Assembly (NCBI GenBank): GCA_964415585.1
Contig: CAYQAY010000001.1
Location: forward strand, 70,008-134,007
From: an uncultured Reyranella sp.
GTDB taxonomy: Bacteria; Pseudomonadota; Alphaproteobacteria; Reyranellales; Reyranellaceae
Length of the DNA: 64,000 nt
Direction: 5' to 3'
Position numbers and translations under genes: made by a program
Part shown: positions 19,685-27,793 of the stretch, in pieces
Layout of the letters: every line of letters begins with the position of its first letter
Numbering within the stretch: the first letter of the stretch is position 1
The notes under the pieces: model-generated
What the model saw: only the letters and a program-made list of their open reading frames with translations
Database searches by the model: none
Told to the model about the DNA's origin: nothing

Positions 19685-21790
19685 TTAGAGCCCCAGCCCT
19701 CGGCTCCGTTTGAAGGACCAGTTCACGTCGCCGCCGGGCAACGCGACTCCCGAGACGACACGGCCGACGTGTTGCTCGAGCGCCGGCCGCCAGGGCACCA
19801 GGCTGAAACCCAGCCCATCATCGATCATGGCGAACCGGCCGCTGGCAAGCTGCGCAGAACCGACCAATTGACCGCTGACTTGGTTGCCGGCAATGGCGGG
19901 CTGCCATTCCCGGCCCCGCTCGGCGGCGAGCGCCCTGCCCTCGCGCTCGATGTCACGAGCCTCCAGCCGCAGCACCAAATCTCTTGACGCACGGACTCGG
20001 CCGTCGCCAAGGTCAGCGGCGTAGCCCTTGTCGGCCAGCCAACGCCGACGCCTGGCCAACGCCGCCATCACGTCCCGGCCGAAGCCGTCATCCGCTAAGA
20101 CCGTGCGCTGATGGGACACCAGCTCGCGATCGAGCCAGGTCGCACCGTCATGGCCGATCTGCTGCCCAAGGCCCGTGGGCGAGAGAACCCTTATCCGGCC
20201 GGTCGTCCGGTCCCGCGCGAGATCGTAGGACTGCCCGCGCTCGGGCAAGTCGGCTGGAACGCGCCACTGGTCGGCGTCGATCCGCTCGACATGGCCCGCC
20301 CGGCGCAGCGCCTCCAGGCGCCGCACATGGGATCGGACGTAGGCCGCGGGATCGCCACCCAGACGCTCGACAGTGCCGACGGCCTGCTCCAGATGCCTGG
20401 TCGGCCGATAGATGCCCTCCTTGCCGGCAATCGCCAGGATGTTGCGGTCCGAGGCGCGCGGTCCGGCTTGGGCGGAACCCATCGCCACGATCATACCGCG
20501 CTGCACCTCCTCGGCACGGGCTGGATCGATCTCGAGGTGATGGACACGCCCGTCCACGCCGTCGATCACCAGCCGCACCCGCTCGTCCATTTCGTCGCTG
20601 GCCAGCCCCTTGTCGAGCACACGGCCGACAATCGGCTCGGCCACCTTCTGCCGGTGCAGGACATAGCCCGCGATAGACCGGGCGTCGGCCAGCCCTTCCC
20701 GCTCCAATGCCCGGTGCATGGTCTTGATGATGTCGCCGCGCTCGCCCAATTCCCGCAAGACGGGTTCGGCCCTGGGCGACACGGTCCAGCGCCCCGGTTC
20801 CACCTCGCTGGCCAAGCCCATGCGCTCCAGCTTGCGCGCCCGCTGGATCAGCAGTGCCCGGTTTTGTCGCAGGCTTTCGAGGGTGTCCCGGTCCGGCCGC
20901 AGGTCGGCGAACTCGTTGCGGCTCCGCTGCTCGGCGATCAGCAGGCTGTCGAGGCGGGTAAAGCGGTCGGCATTGACCTCCCGCTCCAAGCTCCGGGACA
21001 CCTCCTGCTCCGTCTGACGGCCGAGTTCCCGGGTCACCACCTCGCTCGCCCGCTCCCGGATCCCATAGGCGATGTAGTCGCCGGCGATGTTGAGGGTCTT
21101 GCGGTCATCGGTCACACCCCGGACGATGATGTGGGTGTGGGGATGGCCGGTGTTGTGGTGATCGACCGCGATCCAGTCGAGCCGGGTGCCAAGGTCGGCT
21201 TCCATCTGCTTCATCAGATCGCGCGTGGTGGCGCGGAGATCGGAGAGCTCGACGCCGTCCTCGGCCGACACGATGAAGCGAAACTGGTGGCGGTCCGCGC
21301 GGCCGCGTTCGACAAACGCAGGACCGTCCTCGACATCCCTGCTGGCCGAATAGACTCGGCCCCTCTCTCTGTCCTTCGTGACGCCGTCTCGCTGGAGATA
21401 GCGCAGGTGGGCGTCGACCGCCTTGGCACTGACGAATTGCCGTCCCCGGGCGCCGCCGCGCTGCGGATTGAGCTTCACGACGCGAACCTTGACCGCGACC
21501 CGCCGCGACCGGGTTCGGGTTCCGCCGTCCCGACTCCAGGCACTCCGATTCTTCAGCGCCGCCGCCACCGCCGCCCCGCGCCCCCGCGCATTGAACCGGC
21601 CGCTTCCCTTTCCGGTCCCGTTCAACCGGGAAGGATCGCCGCCGGCGCGCCGGATGGCCTGCTGAATCTGTCCGGTGAAGCTGGTCGGCCGGCCGCGCAC
21701 GCCGCCGGCGCGGCGTGCGCCGATGCGCGCACTGCCCCGATCCCGGATCTTGCCGGGCCGGAGTCGAAAGTCGTCGTCATCGCGTGCCAT
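19685..21790 (-). CDS. Conjugative relaxase (VirD2/MobP-like N-terminal domain with DUF3363-type C-terminal region)
   Basis: The start is taken at MARDDDDFRLRPGKI, residue 69 of the ORF-track ORF. His-cluster VDHHNTGHPHTHIIVRG is a relaxase metal-binding motif. Long C-terminal extension. Confidence 0.85.
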   Translation of the reverse strand: MARDDDDFRLRPGKIRDRGSARIGARRAGGVRGRPTSFTGQIQQAIRRAGGDPSRLNGTGKGSGRFNARGRGAAVAAALKNRSAWSRDGGTRTRSRRVAVKVRVVKLNPQRGGARGRQFVSAKAVDAHLRYLQRDGVTKDRERGRVYSASRDVEDGPAFVERGRADRHQFRFIVSAEDGVELSDLRATTRDLMKQMEADLGTRLDWIAVDHHNTGHPHTHIIVRGVTDDRKTLNIAGDYIAYGIRERASEVVTRELGRQTEQEVSRSLEREVNADRFTRLDSLLIAEQRSRNEFADLRPDRDTLESLRQNRALLIQRARKLERMGLASEVEPGRWTVSPRAEPVLRELGERGDIIKTMHRALEREGLADARSIAGYVLHRQKVAEPIVGRVLDKGLASDEMDERVRLVIDGVDGRVHHLEIDPARAEEVQRGMIVAMGSAQAGPRASDRNILAIAGKEGIYRPTRHLEQAVGTVERLGGDPAAYVRSHVRRLEALRRAGHVERIDADQWRVPADLPERGQSYDLARDRTTGRIRVLSPTGLGQQIGHDGATWLDRELVSHQRTVLADDGFGRDVMAALARRRRWLADKGYAADLGDGRVRASRDLVLRLEARDIEREGRALAAERGREWQPAIAGNQVSGQLVGSAQLASGRFAMIDDGLGFSLVPWRPALEQHVGRVVSGVALPGGDVNWSFKRSRGLGL

Positions 21791-22141
21791 GGCATGACGA
21801 TTGGAAGCCGCGCCAAGGCCCACAAGGGGCCGATTGCGCGCATCGTGGCGTGGCGTAGAAAAGGTCGTTCCGGCGTAGCGGCAGGAGGCCGTGCCTTCGA
21901 GCGACGGCGCTCGGAGCGTTGAATGCAAACGATAAATCGATTCAAGAGCCACCCGAGCGCCGCAACAAGCTGCCGCGAGCTGCTCAAGAAACAACGTGCA
22001 GACAGTCTATTAGGCGCGTGGCGCCGGCAGCGGGGCAACCCGCTTTATCTTGCCGTCCATGATCCAGTGACTCCCGACCGATAAACCTCCTGAGCACCTT
22101 CGCCGGAATGATCGAAAGCATACGATTGCCGGTGCTTCGCA

Positions 22142-22966
22142 TCACGGCAGCCGCATTGCGTTTCCACCAGGCACAAACAGTCCGTCAGCTTGCGGGGCCA
22201 GTGCAGATGCGCCAACAACGGAACGGCTGGCCGACGTTCGGTCTGATGACGTTCGGAATGATGACGACGTGGCTGCGGGACTGCCCTGATCACGCGCAGC
22301 AAACAGCGGCGAGTCCTTCCACGACAAGGCGCGGCGGTTGACGGTGACCATGCCATTGGCCTGCCCTTCTCCGATCAACGGTGCGAGCCTGGCGACGTAG
22401 AGCTGGGTCTCGGCCGGCAGCTCGCGGCCCGTCGCCAGGCATTCGTCGTAGCGCGTAGGCCCTGCATTGTAGGCAGCCAGAAAGCCTGGCGATCCGTAGC
22501 GATCGTGCATCTCCCGTAAGTATGCCGCGCCGGCAAGAATGTTGTCGCGCGGCTCATACGGGTCGGCACCGAGCCCATGACGGACACGCAAACCGGCCCA
22601 GGTGTCGGGCATGATCTGCATCAACCCCATGGCGCCTTGTGGCGAGAGCGCCAGCACGTCGCCGCCACTTTCCATCGCCATCACGGCGCTGATCCAGGAA
22701 ACGGGCACGCCGAACCGATGTGCAGCTTCAATAACGAAACGCGCGAAAGGATCGGCGGTAGATGCGCCTTGGGACTGCGCAACGACAGCGGATTGGGCAT
22801 GTGCCCGCCCAGCAAACTCGGTCGCGCACGACGTCAGCAGGATCACGATCATCGGCACGGCCGACCGGACAACCTCTCGCCGGAGCTTGGCCGGAAAGGA
22901 GAAAGGGCCGCGGCGCCGCGCGAACAAGGAAGCGGCTGCTTGAACGCGAGAGCGTTGCATGGTCAA
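22142..22966 (-). CDS. Lytic transglycosylase (SLT domain)
   Basis: Catalytic block AVMAMESGG, then GLMQIMPDTW and AYNAGP. Signal/TM segment at the N-terminus. Confidence 0.9.
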   Translation of the reverse strand: MTMQRSRVQAAASLFARRRGPFSFPAKLRREVVRSAVPMIVILLTSCATEFAGRAHAQSAVVAQSQGASTADPFARFVIEAAHRFGVPVSWISAVMAMESGGDVLALSPQGAMGLMQIMPDTWAGLRVRHGLGADPYEPRDNILAGAAYLREMHDRYGSPGFLAAYNAGPTRYDECLATGRELPAETQLYVARLAPLIGEGQANGMVTVNRRALSWKDSPLFAARDQGSPAATSSSFRTSSDRTSASRSVVGASALAPQADGLFVPGGNAMRLP

Positions 22967-23478
22967 TCCTCCTTCTCGATCCAGACGGGGTGCGCGCGGC
23001 CGATGACGGCGGACGCCGGAAGCGGCCCGAAGTACCGCCCGTCCAGTGAGTCCGCCGACTGCCCGTTCATCAGGAAGAGCTCACCCGCGGCGATGACGTG
23101 GCATCCCTGCCAGACGGGAAGCAGCCGGCCCCGTCCGTCGCGTTCGCGCGCTACACCGATGGCGATCGCATCGACCAGGACCGTTAGACCTTCTCTGCAG
23201 ACGGTCTGCCCTGGAAGCGCTAGGACCCGCTTCAGTATGGGAACGCCGCGCGGCAGGTAGCCGCCGTCTGCGAGGAAGATAGCGAGAGGCTCTGGAGGCA
23301 GGACGACGACAAGTTCGGTGATGTACCGCTCGCCAGTGGCCTGCAGCCGGTAGAGACCCACAGGCACACTTGCCGAGGCGTTCCACACGTAGAGCGGAAG
23401 CGCCCCCCTACCGAAGGTCAACGCCAGGGCGCCAACACCGGCGAGCGTGGCCACGAGCACGTGCGCTCGGCCGGTCAC
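22963..23478 (-). CDS. traF: S26-family conjugative signal peptidase TraF
   Basis: WNASASVPVGLYRL and GQSADSLDGRYFGPL blocks are typical of TraF-type peptidases. Overlaps both neighbours by 4 nt. Confidence 0.85.
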   Translation of the reverse strand: MTGRAHVLVATLAGVGALALTFGRGALPLYVWNASASVPVGLYRLQATGERYITELVVVLPPEPLAIFLADGGYLPRGVPILKRVLALPGQTVCREGLTVLVDAIAIGVARERDGRGRLLPVWQGCHVIAAGELFLMNGQSADSLDGRYFGPLPASAVIGRAHPVWIEKED

Positions 23479-23939
23479 GGGTCAATCCGCTGCCGAAGAA
23501 GCCAGGCTTTGTGGCGCGCCAAGGTGTAGGGTCTCAGCGCTTCGCCGACCGACAGACGATTGTGAACGTGACGCCAATAGTCCGGTGCTGCATCGGCGGC
23601 ATCGATGCCAAGCGACTCGACGATGTCGATCATCTGCAGCACGTGCTTGACCTTCGGCCAGCCGGACGCTCGCAGCAGGATGTCAGCGCCAGGGCGTACA
23701 AACGGAACCGTTGCGCAGGCTTCGCTGGATCGAACGGCACGCAGGATGTCGATACGCGACGCCACCGTACCGTAGTCGTTGGCCGCCCAGCGCACGAAGG
23801 CGAAAATGCTGCCAGGCGCAAACGACAGGACGCGCCGACGACGATCGAGGATCTGCTCCGCTGCGACCCGGCCGAAGCGGATCCAATGCTCGGTCTGCTT
23901 CTCGAGCCACAGGAGCTCGACATGCGTGAGGTCGCTCAA
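23475..23939 (-). CDS. DUF2840-family protein
   Basis: MSDLTHVELLWLEKQTEHWIRFG...SFAPGSIFAFVRWA...FVRPG...GWPKV matches the DUF2840 proteins found upstream of traF in these elements. Confidence 0.75.
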   Translation of the reverse strand: MSDLTHVELLWLEKQTEHWIRFGRVAAEQILDRRRRVLSFAPGSIFAFVRWAANDYGTVASRIDILRAVRSSEACATVPFVRPGADILLRASGWPKVKHVLQMIDIVESLGIDAADAAPDYWRHVHNRLSVGEALRPYTLARHKAWLLRQRIDP

Positions 23940-24114
23940 GCGGCACCTCCAGCCCGGGCGGGAGGCACGCGTTTGAACAGTTCCCTTACCGGGTAGCCTG
24001 TTATCCCCGACGGTGGATGAGTGCGGTCCGTTAGACAGATTCCGAAGGAATCTGAGTTAGAGAAGTTACGGCCGCTCCAACCTGTTGAACGCCAAAGACT
24101 TTTGGGCGATTGCG

Positions 24115-24179
24115 GTCCCCGATAGCACGAGGATCGGGTCCCCGATGGCACGATAGTCGCCGTCCCCGATGGCACGAGG
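24115..24179. repeat. Three direct repeats GTCCCCGAT(A/G)GCACGA(G/T)(G/A)G spaced 23-24 bp (iteron / centromere-like)
   Basis: Copies start at about 24115, 24138 and 24162, in the 244-bp gap between the repA stop and the DUF2840 start. Confidence 0.6.
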
Positions 24180-24183
24180 GGAG

Positions 24184-25056
24184 TCACAGCTTGTCCCCAA
24201 GACGCGCGGTTTGGCGCAATGTCGCCGGGTCACGCAAAACCGGTGTGAAGGTGAGGCGCTCCGCGCCGCGCGGACCACGCTCGACGACCAGCCGGTAGCC
24301 CGGCAGCGTCTGGCGGCGCACGATCTCGCGCACGTCGTAGGCGAAGTGTTTTAGCGGCGAGAGGCTGCCGGATTTGGCGTGCAAATGCGGAAAGTCGAAA
24401 CTCCAGCCGCCGGCCTGGCGACCGCCGTGCTTGCGCACGACGCGGTAGAGCCAGCGCTCCAACCCACCCGTCAGATCGAAGTATGCCCGGTCGATCGTGA
24501 GCACGAGCGCATCGTCCAGCACGCCGGCATAGAACCAATCGGGCAGGATCAGCTCGAGCCCGAGCGGCCGGCCGTTCGGATCGGCCGTCTCCTTCCATTC
24601 GTTGATCCAGGAGAAGCGGTGACGCCGCCGTTCTGCCGGCTGGCGGATGGAGGTCAGCACACTGGTCGATTGCAGCCGGTCGAGCGCGGCCTTCAGGCGA
24701 TCGTAGTCCCTCGAGCCAGTGCCGCGGCCGACGAAGGTCAGGATCTCGTAGGGAGTCGCGGCCATCAGACGGGACGTCTTCAACCCGGCGTCCCTCGCCT
24801 CCACGATCTGGGAGGCGGCCCAGATCAGCACGTCCGCATCCCAGATCGTTGCCATGCCGTGGTCCGCCACAGCCTCGACCCGGATGGCGACGGCGGCGGT
24901 GCGGTAATCGATCGGCAGGACGCGTTTCGACTTGGCGAGCGAGAAGAATGGATAGGCCATGAGGTCCTGCGCATCGCGCGGCGCGAGGTCGCCCGGCAGT
25001 GCCCGGAACAGGTCGAGCTGGTCCCGCTCGCTGGCCCGCTTATGCCGAGAGGTCAC
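24184..25056 (-). CDS. repA: Replication initiator protein A (RepA)
   Basis: VTSRHKRASERDQLDLFRALPGDLAPRDAQDLMAYPFFSLAKSKR is the typical RepA N-terminus. The GTG at 25056 is preceded by GGAGG. The longer ORF-track version (to 25413) overlaps the upstream HTH gene. Confidence 0.85.
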   Translation of the reverse strand: MTSRHKRASERDQLDLFRALPGDLAPRDAQDLMAYPFFSLAKSKRVLPIDYRTAAVAIRVEAVADHGMATIWDADVLIWAASQIVEARDAGLKTSRLMAATPYEILTFVGRGTGSRDYDRLKAALDRLQSTSVLTSIRQPAERRRHRFSWINEWKETADPNGRPLGLELILPDWFYAGVLDDALVLTIDRAYFDLTGGLERWLYRVVRKHGGRQAGGWSFDFPHLHAKSGSLSPLKHFAYDVREIVRRQTLPGYRLVVERGPRGAERLTFTPVLRDPATLRQTARLGDKL

Positions 25057-25069
25057 GCTCCACCTCCGA

Positions 25070-25354
25070 TCAGCGCCGAACCCGGGCGGCATAGGCGGGC
25101 GGAGTCGCCATGTGTCGTTTGGCCGGCAGCACGGTTCCGGCGCCGGGATCGGAGGTCGAGGTCTTGGCGCCACGATCGGCCCATGCCTTGAGGTCTTCCA
25201 CGGCATAGACGACGCGGCCGCCGATCTTCCGGTAGGTCGGGCCCGTGCCGTAGGTCCGATGCTTCTCCAGGGTGCGCCCCGAGAGGCTGAGAAAGCGTGC
25301 GGCTTCAGGCGTGCGCAGATAGCGTGGCGGCAGACCGGCGGTGGGATCGGGCAT
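25070..25354 (-). CDS. Excisionase/AlpA-type (HTH_17, MerR-like) DNA-binding protein, candidate recombination directionality factor
   Basis: 94 aa counted from MPDPTAGLPPRYLRTPEAARFLSLSGRTLEKHRTYGTGPTYRKIGGRVVYAVEDLKAWA, which is the excisionase-family HTH pattern. Confidence 0.7.
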   Translation of the reverse strand: MPDPTAGLPPRYLRTPEAARFLSLSGRTLEKHRTYGTGPTYRKIGGRVVYAVEDLKAWADRGAKTSTSDPGAGTVLPAKRHMATPPAYAARVRR

Positions 25355-25494
25355 GCGAGAGGCTCCGTGCTCCTGGCGAGAGCCGTCGGCAGCGACGGCG
25401 GATCGACGGTCACGGTGGCGGAGAACGCCGGTGCAGGTGGATGACGGACTCGCGGAGCATCGGCGGCGACACCCCGGCGGGCGGCGCAGATGCG

Positions 25495-26251
25495 CTATCG
25501 GCCGCCGCGCAGCAGCTTGCGGTAGCCGCCTTTCATGGTGACGGTGGCGTCTTTGACGAGCCGGATCGTCTGGCCGCGAATGGAAGATATCTTCCACGGA
25601 TACGCTGCGACGGCGCTTGGTCCGTAGAGGGCCTGGGCGATCTCGCGATAGCTTGCCCCGGCAAGATGACCATCGAGGGCGCGGACCATCAGGGCGAGGC
25701 GCCGGTGCAAGCGGGCCGTGATCGTCCATGCACGCGGAACGGGGCCTGCCGGGCGACCGTCGAGATGCCGCCGAAGGCGCAGCAGTCCGGCGAGTCGGAG
25801 CAGGACATCATCGTCCAGAGGAACGAGGGCGGCTATCTTTACAGCAGGCCGCAATCCTCTTAGCCACAAGCGGTGGGTGCCGTCACGGTCCTGCAGGACG
25901 ACATGATGGCCGTCGGGCCCCAGGATGGCGGCGACGCCAGACAACCAATCGAAGCGACGTGCGCTCGTGAAGCTATCCGGCGCCGGAACGAGAATCACAC
26001 TGTGTGGCACCAACTCCGGCCGCCAGATCGGCGAAACGTCGGCGGCCGGCAGCTCAGGATCGTAGGCGAAAACAAAGCCCCCATCGTTCGGCGATGTCTA
26101 TGGCGTCCCGGCTCGTTGCTTCGACAATCCGAGCAAAGTCTTTCTGATAGTCGGGATTGCGCCGCAAGAACTCCCACGCCAGTTCCGCGCGGTCGAGCTG
26201 CCTCAGATATCCGTAGTCGCTCGGCGATCTCCAGTCCGGTCTCCGTGGCAT
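25495..26251 (-). CDS. FseA-like transcriptional activator (DUF6499-like N-terminal part + DUF2285 part), contiguous only via a +1 frameshift
   Basis: ORF 26054..26251 (MPRRPDWRSPSDYGYLRQLDRAELAWEFLRRNPDYQ...ERWGLCF) ends in frame 0. The +1 frame is open from 26097 and reads FVFAYDPELPAADVSPIWRPELVPHSVILVPAP..., continuing as ORF 25495..26013 (SYREIAQALYG, a DUF2285-type HTH). Confidence 0.75.
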
Positions 26252-26388
26252 ACGTTACCTCCACGTTCCAAGAACCTTCACGATGAGCGATGTCGACATA
26301 TTCGCGGGAGAGCGGTCGTGGAAGTCCCCGGAGGTCGAACGCGCGATGCACCGACTGCAGCAGAGCGGCGGTCTTGCAATTTTGCAGG

Positions 26389-26652
26389 TCAGTGCAGAAG
26401 CGGGCGCAGCAGGTGTCGATGGCCGGCTTCCATCATCCAACGGGCGCGCGCCAGATGGCTGTCATGGACCAGGCGCGCACGTTTCGGCTCACGCGCCGGA
26501 TCGAGACCGAAGATGATCCGCACGGCTTCGCGCCAATCGGCACCCTCCTCCGCAGCGTCCAACAAGCGGATGTATGTCGCGAGATGCCGCTCGTCATAGG
26601 GCGTGAGCTTCGAGCTGTCGGGTGGGCGATCGTCGAAAGCAGGTATGCTCAT
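26389..26652 (-). CDS. Small conserved ICE protein in the QseM (antiactivator) position
   Basis: 87 aa counted from MSIPAFDDRPPDSSKLTPYDERHLATYIRLLDAAEEGADWREAVRIIFGLDP. It is divergent from the XRE gene and immediately upstream of the FseA-like gene. The functional label comes from synteny only. Confidence 0.55.
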   Translation of the reverse strand: MSIPAFDDRPPDSSKLTPYDERHLATYIRLLDAAEEGADWREAVRIIFGLDPAREPKRARLVHDSHLARARWMMEAGHRHLLRPLLH

Positions 26653-26902
26653 GGTCAGGTTCGTTTCACTTGCACAATGCCGAACGCGACGCCGGTCGGA
26701 GGATTGCCACAACACTGCCCGTATTGTCGATGCGAATTGGCCATCGCGTGCATCAACTGGTGCATCACGTCCCGCCTCTTGCATCTCTGGTTTGTGCAGA
26801 ACGCTCTCTCGAGGCGGATCGCATATGCTGCACCATCGACCTCGATCTTCAGGTGAATACATATTATAGTTGATAAACTTATAATGTGTAAACTGCGACC
26901 AG

Positions 26903-27130
26903 TTGCGCATGGATATGCGCAAGCTGGTCGGACGGAACTTTGGCCGGTTGCGTCGCGCGAAGGGCCTGACTCAAGAGGAGATCGAAGCTCGTTCCGGGTT
27001 CAGTCAACAATATCTGAGCGGTCTCGAACGCGGGCGGCGGAATCCTACCGTCGTCACACTCTACGAGTTAGCCCGAGCGCTCGGCGTCAGCCACGTCGAT
27101 CTAGTCAATCCGGACGACAAGGGAGAGTGA
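26903..27130 (+). CDS. XRE/Cro-CI-family HTH regulator (QseC-like position)
   Basis: LRRAKGLTQEEIEARSGFSQQYLSGLERGRRNPTVVTLYELARALGV is a canonical XRE HTH. The start is ambiguous: TTG at 26903, ATG at 26909 or ATG at 26915. Confidence 0.85.
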   Translation: MRMDMRKLVGRNFGRLRRAKGLTQEEIEARSGFSQQYLSGLERGRRNPTVVTLYELARALGVSHVDLVNPDDKGE

Positions 27131-27420
27131 CGAGCAACGCTGCCGTTCACTTGCACGCGAGGGATCGTTACCGCAAGGCGAAGACACCCTTCCCTCCCTT
27201 CAACCGAAGGGCGGCTTCGTGCGGCCGCCAAACCCCTCCCAAGCGGCCGCATAGAGCCCGGTCTGGCGGAGCCGGACGCGCCCAAGTTCACGACATTGAA
27301 TCCCGACTCGATAGATGTCGACCTTCATGTGCACACAGAGGAACATTCAAACCTGACCGCTTTGACAGCGGAGTCTTGCTCCTCATGCAGCTGCCACTGC
27401 CTTAAGGCGCATGGCGAGCA

Positions 27421-27454
27421 AAGAAAAAGCCCCGCCCGGCGGACCGGGCGGGGC
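27421..27454 (-). terminator. Rho-independent terminator after the DUF736 gene
   Basis: 11-bp GC stem GCCCCGCCCGG/CCGGGCGGGGC with a 4-nt loop, followed on the minus strand by TTTTTCTT. Lies 16 nt past the stop codon. Confidence 0.8.
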
Positions 27455-27469
27455 CTCGGGGGCGCCGGC

Positions 27470-27793
27470 TTACTCGCCGTTCTTCTTGCGGCTGCGCGAC
27501 CAGATCAGGGTGAACCCCTCGCCGTCCTCGTCGTCGAACAAGTTGGCGAAGATCGGTGCGTTGAAGCTCGGATCGTCGAGCTTGAGCGAGAGGTAGTCGC
27601 GGCCCTCGTTGGAGCGCTTCGACCAGGCGGCCCCGATCTCGGCTCGGCCGACGAAGACCCGGTGGCTGGGGGCGTTGTCATTCGAGCGGTTGACCTCGGG
27701 GACGATGCGGACACCCTTGGTCTGGACGCTCAGGGTGACGATCTCGCCCTGGTACTCGTTGCCGGACTTCTTGAAGGAACCGATGTTAGCCAT
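27470..27793 (-). CDS. DUF736-family protein
   Basis: MANIGSFKKSGNEYQGEIVTLSVQTKGVRIVPE...RVFVGRAEIGAAWSKRSNEGRDYLSLKLDDPSF is a textbook DUF736 sequence. AAGGAG RBS. Confidence 0.9.
   Translation of the reverse strand: MANIGSFKKSGNEYQGEIVTLSVQTKGVRIVPEVNRSNDNAPSHRVFVGRAEIGAAWSKRSNEGRDYLSLKLDDPSFNAPIFANLFDDEDGEGFTLIWSRSRKKNGE

Noticed and set aside
22028..22050. GCGGG-GCAA-CCCGC hairpin followed by TTTATCTT as a plus-strand terminator.
   Set aside because: The stem is only 5 bp and no plus-strand gene ends upstream of it. It is kept only as part of the candidate oriT region.
25057..25413. N-terminal extension of RepA (ORF-track start 25413). Similar Arg/Pro-rich extensions occur for TrbC (to 16342), TrbG (to 10326), the relaxase (to 21994), AddA-like (to 47220), AddB-like (to 49706) and ParB-like (to 39528).
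   Set aside because: The extensions overlap upstream genes, are compositionally aberrant and precede the conserved family N-termini. Internal starts give ATGA/TGATG coupling or good RBSs.
26252..26388. A second lux/tra box upstream of the FseA-like ORF (for example TGCAA-TT-TTGCA at about 26370-26381).
   Set aside because: The arms are only 5 bp, with no resemblance to the 6071-6090 box beyond chance. This is not enough to call a LuxR site.
26870..26885. TTGATA and TATAAT hexamers upstream of the XRE gene as a sigma-70 promoter.
   Set aside because: The two hexamers are only about 4 nt apart, so they cannot be a -35/-10 pair. TATAAT alone may be a -10 element, but that cannot be established without 5'-end data.
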